Positions 37,748-55,700 of a DNA stretch of 64,000 nucleotides are shown piece by piece (position 1 is the first letter of the stretch; each line of letters begins with the position of its first letter). The position numbers and the translations under genes are program-made. The notes below the pieces were generated by a model that was not told the origin of the DNA, searched no databases, and saw only the letters and a program-made list of their open reading frames with translations. The DNA is from Saccostrea cucullata (Eukaryota), in the NCBI RefSeq assembly GCF_032062105.1, contig NW_026939778.1:682001-746000 (forward strand), given 5' to 3'.

Positions 37748-38266
37748 GTCCGACACAAAGGAGGACATCCACAGCAGACTGGGCAAGACCAGGAAAGTAT
37801 TTAGAGAGATGAATAACATCTGGAGGTCTGCACAGTACAGCACCAAGCTCAAGCTTTACCAGGGCTGTGTTGTATCAACTCTCCTATATGGATCGGAATG
37901 CTGGAGAAAAACAAGAGACAGATCTTAGCAAATTACGGTCCTTCCACACTAAATGCCTTTGGATATCCTGGCCCAAAAAGGTTACAAATGAAGACCTGTT
38001 GCACTGATGCAATCAAGAGCACATATGTACCATCATAATCAAACGCTTTTGGACACGAAAAGACACCCAGTCAACAACAAGAACTGGATCCCAAGAGGGC
38101 AATCGGAGGCCAAGATTATCTTAAATTGGAGAAGGACGATGAAAAGTGAGATGAAAGCCATGCACCAAACATGGGAATGAAGTAGGATGGTCCACACTAG
38201 ACAAGAGTAGAGAGAGTCTGTTGCTCTACATACCACAGGGTGTAAAGGACGGTGATGATGATGATG
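37748..38266 (+). mobile_element. 5'-truncated, decayed RTE-like LINE (3' end)
   Basis: EDIHSRLGKTRKVFREMNNIW..KLKLYQGCVVSTLLYGSECW, typical of the post-RT region of RTE-like LINEs; stops and frameshifts downstream; (GAT)n tail. Confidence 0.8.
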
Positions 38267-39244
38267 AAAAGTAACTCTAAGGCAAACTCATCTGTTTAAA
38301 GAATATCAAAACAACAACAAAAGTAACATGCAAGTACTATATACAAAAAAGGTAAATCAGTTATATAAAGTCAATGAGAAATTCTAAAAAATGAAAATAA
38401 TAATGGTGAGTCTAAAAAAATAAAGGCAAATAAAACTTTGCCATATAAGGAAAAAATCACATCCGCTTAACATGCAGCAAATGTCTTATATAACAATGTC
38501 TATGCAAAGTCACACACAGCGCCTGATAAAATGCAATGCATAAACAGGACTGCACAGCGGTACTGTAAAGCACACTACGTATGTATAGTCAAACACATAT
38601 GGGTCCATGAAAGGTGCGCTGTACACTTAATACAAGCACAGTCAGTGCATGGTACTATGATGGTTGTCATGTGGTGTTATCACTGAGATGGACATTAAAG
38701 TAGCACTACGAAAAGTCTGGTACTAGGGTCCATATAAAGTGTGTGATACACAAAATACAAGTACAGTCAGTGCACGGTACTGTGATGGCTGTGGCAGTCA
38801 GTGTGTCTCAGATTCTTGCAAACTGTCTATCCAATACCTACAAGAAATTAGAAAATTGTATCAATATTCAACAGAACATACATACAGTCTAGAAATTTTA
38901 TCAGCCTTTACTGGTTAGAAAAAGGGACACCAAGCCTCCAAAGGGTTTTTTGGGGGGTGGGGTGGGGATTGGTTGTAATTATTTTTATTTCATTGCTTGA
39001 GAAAACATGAAGTTTAAAAAAAATCCATAACAGAGGGGCATGAATTCATGGTCTCTTCATTCCATGAAAGCAACGAGAAGAAAACACCAACAAAATGGGA
39101 GGAATTCATGGTATACATTTTTTTGTTAAATACTTGCAGGGTGGCATTCTTTAAAATAAAGACTTGCGGAAAAGTATAAAGCCTTTTAATCACATCACAT
39201 ATAATAGTTTCCGGTGGATTAACTCACCAAAATCATCCTCCTCT

Positions 39245-42200
39245 TTAGTAGACGTAAAAGGAGGAATTCAGGTCTTGTTTCTTGGAGACTTTATGACGTC
39301 TCTGTTCTGGTACGTTACGGCGCATGGGTCTGTGCTCAAAATTGACTCTAGCCAACCACTCCATCTATAAAAGACAAACATCGTAAATTATACAATTAAA
39401 TGTGACTAACTACAGTGTACCTTACAAGAAACTAGAGGTTCTGCGAGCACTGAGCTCACTAAATGATACCCCTGCCTCCCGTACCGGTGTTGTAGAGTAG
39501 GATTCCCCCCCGAGGAGAAATATCACACCAGAGCCAAATTTCCCCCTCTTTCTTTCTCAGAGTAGATTTCCCCCCTCGTTATAGATTCAATTCAAACCAC
39601 AGCCGCAATATTTTTGTGAAAAAAAGATAAACGACAAACTGATTTTTAAAAGTAAATGAGTGGGTTTTTTATGTTGTAAGGCAAATCATGCAATCTCAAC
39701 CAAAATATTTAACTTTCAAATTAAATGTAATATATTCTCAAAATATAATGAAACAAACGAAAATGGATGTTTAGATTGGTATATATTTTTGGACCTATTT
39801 TGGTTGTATATGAATACAATAATTAACTTTCTAAAATATTTAAGAAATTGTAAACTTACTCTGATGTTCAAATTTCTACCTCTCTGTAACGATACTTATT
39901 AATCTATACAATTTTTTTCCATATTAAATTTTTAGCTGTCCTTAAATTATATTTCATTGGAGGGGGGGGGGGGAATTGACTCTGGGGAAATCCCACTCTA
40001 TAACTACTATACAGAGTGGGATTCCCCCCCCCCCGGAAAATTGACTCTGGTGTGTGATTTCCGTAAGGGAAATCCTACCTTAGAGCCAGTTTTCCTGGGG
40101 GGAAATCCTACTCTAAAGCAAGTTTTCCGGGGGGGACGGAGCAAGTTTTCCGGGGGGAGATCAGCCTACTCTACAAGACCGGTATAATGGCAGAGTCCAT
40201 GTTTTGCTCTGGGAGACTCGAAATAAGTGTCGGACAAAAAGTAAAATAAAAGGTGCACGGTGGTATCATGTAATAAAAACTGTGAAAGTTTCCTTAAAAT
40301 TCATTAATTATGTGGTATGAGAGGAGTTACCGAAAAGAGATAGGTATACCAAAGCATTAGAAATGGCACCTGTAAACAGACGGACAGACAGACGGACATC
40401 CCGATCATTATATGCCCCCAACTTTTCAACAAGGGAGGTGGGGGGTATAAAAAGAGAGAAATAACACCCCCGCGAAACTGTTTATATAGATTGCAAAGTA
40501 TGTATATTGGATTCGAACAATGTTGAGTGCGGCACGTACCTGATGCGTAGGTTGAGGTATGGTGGGTAGCTCCCTACGCTCCTCAGACTTGTTGATGGCA
40601 TGGGTCAACTCATACTAGTACAAAAATAGAATATTATTAATTTCTTTTGAAACAAAGAATCATTTATATAACCAAAAGAGAAATGAATATTTATAAATGC
40701 CTTAAATGAGTATTAACACACCCAGACTCTTACCCAGTCTTTAATGTGCTCTCTCCACTCGTGAGCAGCAGAAGTAAAGATTTGTTTGCACTGGGGAGAA
40801 AGGATAGAAAATATAGAGAGTATTCACTGGAGAGATAAGACAGAAGCTACAGATATGTACTGAAAGAGAGAGAGAGAGAGGAGAGAGATTAGAGAGGGAA
40901 AACTTACAGCTGATTTGGCCGCCAGGGCAAGCATCACCTCGTACCACTGACGACTGTCATCTGAAGAGACGTCTATACGGCGCTAGAATAAAAAGAAACA
41001 TCAGTTATTATAAAAAGGAATACTAGTATATGTAATTTTTTTGCATTTCCTACATGTACATGTAACTGCACTTCCAGATAATTACACAAATTAAATACTG
41101 TTCATCAAAATGTATTAATTATAGCTTACAGATTAAAGCATTTTTAAAACTTTATTTCAAGGCAAACAAGTCCAAATTCACTTTCTATCAAAATACCAGT
41201 AATGTACATGTATGTAAATTTATTGCAAACAAAATATTTATTGGTTATGTACGTATACGCCTATTTACTTCTGTGTGTAAAAAACTAACTTTCATTTGCA
41301 AATATATTTTAAATTTTGTGGTAATGCTAACTTATGAAGTGAAAATCACAGGCAGATTATCGGTATGATAATGTCAAAAGTTGCAGATAAAAAAATAAAT
41401 TAGAAATTAGTAGTATTGCAATTTGATGCTGAGAAGTGAGCAATATTTTTTCAAGTGAAACTTTGAAATATTTTCAATATATACTAGTTATAAAAAAGAA
41501 AGAAAGAAAGCAATTCAGGATTTTATAATATAAATCAAATGTAGGTTATTGAAGACCCCTCCCCTTTCTTTTTTAATTGTCAAAGGGGGACAACTCAACT
41601 TTTGGTTGTTATAGAGTGCGCTCCCCTTTGTTTATTTACGGATGTTCGGTGAAATATTACTTATAAAGAACAAATTTGTATATGTTTTCTCAACATATCG
41701 TACCTTATGAAGTGAGTATTCATTCAAATTGATGTGATCTAAATTGAATTCAGCAGAAAAAATGCAGATTGTTTTGAAGAAAAAGCCCGAAAAAGATTTG
41801 TGTAATCTATAAGACTTATCGCGCATTTCCTCTATTTTGTGTTTTTGTTGATCTAATGTAAGGATCTAGGGTCTTACTGTATTTCAGAAGATCTTATATT
41901 AAATCCAACCCCTACCTCCGCTATGAATCAACCCCTCTATATCCCTACGCCTTTATTAGCAACATGTGTAGCACTGTAGCTTAACATACAGCTAGACAAT
42001 ATAGATTTGTGGGTTTAATTTGAATGGCAGCTTATACATTCTTCAAATTTATCAGCAGTTTTGCTTTAAATCTCAAATATCAGGAAATAAGCGATGCTCT
42101 AATACATTGTGCTAGCTAGGCTTCCCTTCAACGTCTTTAAAATTTGTGTACCCCCCCTTCCCCCAATATCCAATGGCACCGAATCTCATAAAAACAAGCA

Positions 42201-42288
42201 TTTAAATCCAATAAAATTTTATTTCCAGAAGAATTACCCTCTTAGATACACTCTGGCTCTTTCTCTCAGAAGATCTTTGTCTTTTCAT
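39245..42288 (-). CDS. Uncharacterised 6-coding-exon gene, about 179 aa, no recognised family
   Basis: Exons 42288-42238, 41865-41704, 40982-40908, 40790-40734, 40614-40540, 39364-39245 (TAA). All introns are phase 0 GT-AG and give one uninterrupted frame. A further intron (39227-38838) starts 17 nt after the stop. The exon-2 acceptor (ccctag) is weak; the last four exons have strong sites. Confidence 0.7.
39430..40452 (-). mobile_element. HINE-like element carrying a nested TA-flanked MITE (39484-40182)
   Basis: (GACA/GACG)n and tatgcccc..ggggtataaaa terminus; inner TIR ccggtgttgtagagtagg / cctactctacaagaccgg with TA flanks. Confidence 0.7.
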
Positions 42289-42334
42289 AGTGAAATTTGA
42301 GATTTTTGTCGCTCTGTGAAAAGCACGTCTACTC

Positions 42335-42575
42335 TCTACTGATCGAAGTGAGTAACTAACAACAGTAACCACAACGCAACGCTACCTAGCAGTTACTAAG
42401 CATGACGTCATCGCTAATGACTACACGTAAAGCTAGCCTTCAAATGTTAGCTGTACTAGAAAGTAAAATTATTATTTGCTTACCTCATATGTCACCTAAA
42501 TATTCAGGATATTAGAAAAAAATCGATCACATTCATATTAAACGAACAAAGTTAATTGATGTGTGACGTCATATG
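42335..42575 (-). promoter_or_regulatory. Putative promoter of the uncharacterised gene
   Basis: Inr-like TCAGT on the minus strand (42342-42338) about 50 nt upstream of the ATG; perfect CRE TGACGTCA at 42403-42410 and 42564-42571; imperfect X-box-like gctacctagcag at ~42381. Confidence 0.5.
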
Positions 42576-42700
42576 GCTGGAAATGGCATAGCCTAGACCT
42601 CGCGATGCTATGCTCTAGGTACTCACATCTAGGCCTATATATGTGTTTTTGGCTCCGCTAAGATTCTTTTAATTGCTGTAAAATAATGCACTGAACAATA

Positions 42701-42892
42701 CTGTAGATTCCTAAATATGCTCGAGGAATTAATTATCGCGTAATTTCGCGAAAAGCACCAATCGCGATATAGAATTACTAACTTTTATTGCCATGGTTCC
42801 GAAATGAATGTAAAATCTCTTAATCAACCGTCTACTCGAGAATCGACGTAAAAGAGCCATTGATTATACTCGGGAAAATAAGGAATCTACAG
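42701..42892. mobile_element. TA-flanked MITE
   Basis: TIR ctgtagattcct / aggaatctacag; absent from the duplicate copy near 32880. Confidence 0.8.
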
Positions 42893-43799
42893 TACTGTTC
42901 ACAATTAAATTTTATGTTATTACAATACTAAAAATTATTTTTAACTCCAGTAAAATTATTGATCCTCAAACGCAAAAGTAGAAATACCATTCTTTATTTT
43001 CATGGAATGTTGTAGATATTGAATTTGTGCAATTTATTTATAAATAGATCTTTAAGGTGCAGTTGCATAAAACACTAGCTCCTTGGGTAATATGACTTAC
43101 TGTTTAATCTAATATTGATTCTTAAAATCCATTTTGCCTGGCAAATTATCAATACATATGTTCGAGACACATAAATAATGTTGATCCCCGTTTACCCTGC
43201 CATTTCTAAATATTTTATTTTAGCGTTTTGTCATGTGTATAACTCAATTTCCAATAGATACTTCTTCTTGATTACATTAACCAATCTCTACCCCTCGACC
43301 TTGACATTTCAAATGAAATCGTAACTGAAAATGAAAAATGACTTACTCTTTGCCTTCGATAATTTAAATATATATGGATAAAGTTAAAAAAAATCTTAAA
43401 ACACATTTACGTTTGCTTGTTATCGTTTGAATTTTGTCAAACCCTCTAAAGAAATCATTTTATAAAAATTAGAATAACTTGAAAAAGTTAGAAAAAAACA
43501 TATGAATGTAACTTTAGGGATTTATTATTTATCTGAACTTATGTAATACTAGTACGTGCATGTAAATTTTGACTGAAAATACTCCAATTTCTTTTTTATT
43601 TTTATTTTGATCAGAGACATAAATAACATTATTATTTGTTATTTTATTTGTTATTTATGTCTCTTTTTGATACAAATTAAAATCTCTAAGTTAATAAAGA
43701 AAAAAAATCATGTTGACACCAGAATAGAAGTGCACTTTTTCTTGCATTATATACAAAGAGGGATAACTCTTTCCTGAAAAAAAAATCGATCAAAACAAT

Positions 43800-43959
43800 C
43801 GGGCTCGACGTTTCTATTTTCTTGTTACTACGCCGCCATAGTTGTTTACATTCGATATTTTGAGCGTGTCATAACATAACCACGTTTTCGGGATTAAGCA
43901 ACCATTACATTATCGGAAGAATATTCTGGAACTCGAGAAACAATACTAGAAGTGTTAAG
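43800..43959 (+). promoter_or_regulatory. Putative DNAAF1 promoter and non-coding first exon
   Basis: Locally CpG-rich; forkhead motif TGTTTAC at 43843-43849; donor aag/gtaaca after 43959. Confidence 0.45.
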
Positions 43960-44697
43960 GTAACATAATCTTGACTTTTATTTGAAATTAAAGGAATCAA
44001 AAGACATTGCAGGTGCTTGGAAGTGTTTTTGTCTAAATTTTGTTTGGAAATAATAAATTTAACTTTTGTGAGTATTGTCATTTATATAAATCAATGAAAG
44101 GTTTTGATATCTTGATAATTATTACAAATTTATATATATCATATTGTCCTTATGTAAATTTTCTGTGGATTTCATTTTGGTATATTTTTTATAGTAACTC
44201 TTTAATGCAGTACATTAATTCACATCAGATGTACATATTAGCTTATTCAACACGCGAAAAGTTTCATGTTTTAATAATAATAACTCATTTTAGCACAATT
44301 TTTGACAAATTTTTAAGTGTAAGATTTACTTATTCAACTTATTTAAAGTTTTGAAATATATACTGATATAGCCTTAAAATCTGGCAGATGTCCAGCCAAC
44401 TGTTTGTTACACAATTGTTCATTTGTCCTTTATCATTTTTTATACATGATAAATTGTAGACTCTATAAGCATTATGTAATTTCCACAGTCAGTATAGTAT
44501 AAACTTTATATTTGGACTGAATCCCTTTATAATGTACAGTATGCCAAAAAACAAGCTGGTTAATCTCACCAAGATTAATAATTAAACATGTATATGTAAT
44601 AAATCTAATTTTAGATGTTGGATTTTTACCATATCCTTATCCAAATTGACCATAACTATATTTATTTTTCATATAGGAATAGGATAGAACAGCAGCA

Positions 44698-50113
<5,416 letters not shown>

Positions 50114-52728
50114 CAATATTGATATTCTGTACTTTGGAAAAAAAATTGACTTGCATAAGTTTGGGAAGTTAAAAAAGGAAACCTTGCATAAGTTTTACAA
50201 CAAAAAGGGCTTTGAAGTTAATTCAGTTCCACAAAAATTATGTTTTGCTAATCAAAGTTTTTCAACAAAAAGTTTCATGCTTTGACAAAATGTTAATGAA
50301 GATTTTAAAAACCATCATTAAGGTATAAAGTAAATTTTACCAATTGACATGTAAGCAAATACATCCTATCATCTTGTAGGTATTAGTACAGGTGTGCTGA
50401 TTTTTTTTCAATTCATTTTGCAAAAATAAGGACACATTTTCATATGATTGTTCATGCTGTGTTAGTGCCAAGCAGCTATCTAAAAGTATTCATACCGTCC
50501 ATATAACTTGTCATATTTACAATTTGATTGTCACACAATTGGTTTTCATTGGAATAAGTCATTAAGTTATCAAGTAAATTTTATTTTAAAATTATTTTAA
50601 AATATTTGATGATCAAACATTGTGAATTTCATGCATTTCCATTCCTTTGGTTCAAATCCAAACAATCTTGTTTAAAATCTATTAAACAAGTAAAGAATAT
50701 TCTTTTTTTTGTTTTAAAACCAAAAACAGGTATTACAGGTGTGCTAATATATAAATGTAAATTTCATTTCAATTTGCTATTTATTAAAAAAATTTCATTT
50801 TGCTATTTGTTTAAACCATTTTTATGTTTTATTATTATTATTATGTTGGCGATATCTTGAGCATTACACATAATTTAACAAAAGTGTGGTGCGCCGTCAC
50901 TTCAGGAGACGTCATATTCACACAGTCATTTTCATGGGAATCGCATGGAGACAAAATCACTATATTTCTGTTAGTACTTCAAATATCATGTCAGAAATCT
51001 AAATACATAATAATAGGACAATTTAAAGATACATTTGAGAAAATTTTTATCGCGAAGTGCGAATTATAGAAAAAAAGTTTAAATTTTGATTCCGCATGCT
51101 TTTGCTTCAGTTTTTTTGTTGTGCTCCTTACCTCTCCATCAGCGATATCAACATACCGATAATTTTGGAATTTTTTTAAAATCAGAAATTTTAAATTTAT
51201 GAATCAATGTATATTTCTGTGAAATTTCATAACTATATGACAACTGTAAGAGTAAATAATAGCACAGTCCGCGTAATTTTTGAACAGCCCTCGTATATCT
51301 TGAAGTTTTTCTTGCTCTTATGGAGTTGGAGAGAACACAGTTTGACTGTATATTTCAGAGAGGCACCAACTTTGGATGTCATTTTACATCAATAAGAGCT
51401 ATGCTACATAAACCTTTCACTGAATTACTGTAGTTATGACTATAGATACAAGAGACATTCAGTAGCAAATAAATGATTCAGACTGTCATGGCAACAACAT
51501 TCATCAAAACCTTATAAAGATATATAAATAAGCCTTTGTAGTCCATGTGTACCAAGATTCACTGAAATCAAAATCAAAACTGTAAAGATTTGTCTTTTGA
51601 GAGAATTTCAACAGTTTGGTACTATGGTTCAGTGTTCAGCAAAAAATTACATACTAAAGTGCAGTTTATGGCTGTATCAATTTTACAGACCATCACTGTA
51701 GGAGGAAGGGCATACTGAGAGAATTCCACAGACATTTTCATTTTGAGAAGAAGATGTCAAAATTATTCTTCAATATCAATTCACTATACAAAGAATTGTA
51801 TGTCGACTGGTGGAGGATGGGCATTATACCACATGTCAAAATCTCTCATGGTCTTTGACAATAGAGCTAAAATTAGAACAACTAGGCACACTTGTTTCTT
51901 GTCTTGATAATTTCTTAACATTTTACAATTACAACAATACCAGAAGTGTTATTTTTTTATTTATTTATTTACATAACATGATTTCCATATACAAATTTAC
52001 CACAGTATACATATACATCTACCATCATGACTAGTTTCAACATCTGCTTATTGCAAGTGATACATAGATTATAACAGTATACTTTCCCAGTCAGATACAA
52101 GTCAATACAAAATGGAATGCAATTAAATTAATTCTTGGGACTAAATCCACAAATTTCAACATGTTTATCACCAAACTGTTCAGTACAAATGTATAACATA
52201 CTATTACAATCAATAAAAGCATTAATAATTCATGTGCATTCAAATCACAGTTTCATACCCCCATATTAGGGTCCTTTATAACAGTTCTACCATTTCTCCT
52301 GTTTGAACAAAGGTACTAATGCAGTAAAAATTGTCAGGCAGGGTTGCAAGGGGCAAGAACAAAATATGAGACAGTTGCAGGATGTTTGAATGGGAAAATG
52401 AAAACCATCAAATTAAGAACTAGGTAATTTAAAATTGTCTCTATGTATAACCTTAGAAATTCCAGCCAATGTATTCTGCTTTACAATTTCTTACAAACCA
52501 TTAGTCTCTATGTTTAAACAAAAGTAACAATATTTAAAAATCAACAAAGGAATAACTTTGTTCATAAAGTAAATTTTACAAAGGAGACCTATGTAATATA
52601 AATATCACTAAATCGTCATGGATTTGACCTTGACCCTCAAGCCAGGGGGAGAAGATATATTACCATCCGGCAGTAATAATGTCCAACCATACTGAATATA
52701 AAATAACCATTCTCCCACAGTGTGGTGT

Positions 52729-55700
52729 CTAGCGTGCGGAGTCTACTAAATCCAGGCTGATCTTGTAGTACACGTACGGGTAGTAGTCTACGTTACTGAG
52801 TCCTACTAAACCTGGAATCTCCATCTGTCCTGCCTACAAACAGAAGAAAATTTATACATTATTACATGTGCTTATTGGTACTTATATGAAACAGAACTTT
52901 ACAATTTACAACACTTGGCATGATTTTTTTTCTTCTCATTTTTTACTATACTCTTAGACATAATTTCAGTCAGATTTATATCTAGAGTTCTCAGACTTGA
53001 AATAATCTCATTTCCTTCTCTACAATTAAGAAATTACAAAAATGTCTGTAGCTTTTGATTGACAGACTACAAGATCATAAAATTCATTTATGTATCCATA
53101 AAAGACAGAGAGTGGAGAGAAAACGTACATCTTGTGATGCTGGAGAGTCTAAATGAGCATACAGCTGGTTCAGAACTTCTCGTAATTTTCTGGTTGTCTT
53201 CTTGTGGGGCTGCATTAACACAGCCAAGAAATTGACAGGTAAGCCATATCTACAATGAACCAGCCTTATTTTTATAAGTATAAATTACACTCATTATTAA
53301 TTTACCCTGCATTAAGAAATTATTTTAAAAATTCATAGGACTTTAATTATATGAATCCATAAACACTTTCAACAAGGACAAGAAAAAGACCACCTTGACC
53401 ATCTTAAAAACACACACCTTAGAACTGATTCCACAAATATTCTTAATGCTTTGACATGGATCCAAGCAGAGAAGCTTTCTCCAAAGTTTACTTTAAGCCA
53501 TTTAACCAGCGGACCCTGAAAAATATGATGACAAATATCACAAGGCAAACCTCATTAACACAAATTTGAGGCATTGATAAATCTTGCAGTTTTGACCTAA
53601 AATCTATGAAAACAGATTATCCAATAACCTTGAAAATTTGTTAATCACAGCAAAAAGTTCATCATTTATAATCAATTTGTTCTTTTATTGTGTGGTGTCA
53701 AGACAGATTTGTTTGCCAGATAGCTCAATTGGTAGAGCACCTGACCGGAGATTCAGAGGGCCTGGCTGGAATCTCTGTTTGGTCTGTTACATTTTCCCCT
53801 TACCTGTTACATTGGTGTGGTGACCAGGAAAATATGATCCAAAAATGTCACGGGAAAGGGGGGAAATGAGACACACTAGACAGGGATTCAAACCAGGGTC
53901 CCCCTAAATCTCAGTCAGGTGCTACACCAACTGAGCTATCTATCCATTAACAATTGAATCCATCTGACCATCACAACTGTTAAATCTGATGTACTGAATT
54001 GTTTACCTTTAAAGGAAAAATGGTATCTAATATCTTTTTTTAAAGTTTTCTTGGAAATACTCACATATAATTTCTTCTTGTCATCCTCCAGCTTTGAGAC
54101 TTCCATTTTCCCATCTGCAATGTCTTTTTCATTATAAGTGAAATCCCTCACCATAAATCTGAAAACATTAATGGAATTCTGTCATTTTTTCCCCAAAAAA
54201 GACCGCTGTCCACATATGGCAAATATTTCCAAAGCAAGTTTTCTTCACAAAAATCAATATTATAATTTTTCTAAATAAGATGCAGGCCATGAGCCAAACA
54301 GATCTCCTGATTGAGTCACTTCTTCCCTGATTGACTTTATCTAATGGCTTTTTAAACAGGAACATTCCTTGTATTGTTGGTTTGTACAGTTGTCTTAACC
54401 TGTTGTAATGCCAGCTTTGAACAAACTTGAAACAACATTATAGTGGACTTTGGACTTTTGTGTTTTCAGAGGTTTCAAAATATGCTGACAATTTTTGGCC
54501 CTCCTTTTTTAAAGGAGATTCTTCCGAAAAAGATAAAGAAATTCTCTATATTCTTAAGTAGAGTACTTAATTCCCTATAATGTCCCCATTCTTTCAAAAG
54601 GGCCATATCATATATCAAAATACATGTATCTACACAAGGAGGGTTTTCATATTTTCTATGGACCACAAGTTCATGATTTTTTTTTTCAAATTACCCTATC
54701 TTTGAAATTTCCTTTCAGGAAAATTACAATTATTTTCTTTTGGTCAATACACTGAATTAGAATAAATGTATAATTTAAACACCATTTAGAAGCATTTCCA
54801 GCAGAACTAAGTGTTTGAATGCAGTATTAAACCTACTTGTTCTCTCTACATCTGTTTTTGAAGTCTTCCGCCACTTTTCTGAAAAGTGTCACTGAGCATA
54901 GGCAGTTCTCATCATCTTCAAAAAGAGTCCTGAAACATTAAATTATTATTATTAAATTATATATATAAACAAGAGGTCCAGGGGCCACATCACTCACCTG
55001 AGCACTGGCTAAGAAAAAACCCCCAAAAAAATCTGTATAGTTTTAAAAAGCTTAAATGCATAAGTGTTCTTGACCTACCCCCTTAAAAGAGAGAGGGGGT
55101 ATGATTTGAACAAAAATAAATCTACACTAACTAAGCATGCGTACATACTTTTTTGATTGACTTTTTTCCTACGAGTTTGAACTTTCATTGTGGCCCCACC
55201 CTACCCCAGGGTTGAATCTACACTACTTAAGAATGCTTTCATCTGAGTTTCATCTTTCCTGTCCCAGTGGTTCTTGAAATGAAGATTTTTAAAAGATGCC
55301 ATTAATTCATCGCTAATTCATAATTATCTCCCCTTGGCTGTATATAAACAAAACTCACCTAGATGATCTAGGAACAATCATATCTGTCAGTGTTTCATAT
55401 TTAGCCTGCCAATCATGGATGATGTTTCTGAAATTACCGGTAAGATATCATTAATTATTGCTCAATTAAGTTTGTACTTTATTAAATCCCTGAAAAAAAA
55501 AATCTGACATCTGACACAGAATTCTAATGTGAAATGCTCCATTTGATTTTAAAATTTCCAGCTACTATATACCGTAATTTTCGGGTTATAGGTCGATACT
55601 TTATTTACTCAGAAAAATATATGAATTCGACCATTCTAAGGCTCAAGTTTACGAAAAAATGCCCCCAAATCAATAAAATTTACGTAAATTTCAGAGCAAA

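Noticed and set aside
42484-42495. 12-nt minus-strand micro-exon (tttag/gtgacatatgag/gtaagc) upstream of the orphan gene
   Set aside because: The splice-like sites persist in the duplicate, but the implied downstream intron is very short (~30 nt) and Inr/CRE motifs suggest a start further downstream; unsupported without RNA data.
53715-53790. Functional tRNA gene
   Set aside because: Degenerate B-box/T-arm (ggctggaatctc), no clean acceptor stem, followed by a SINE-like tail and an inverted second copy.
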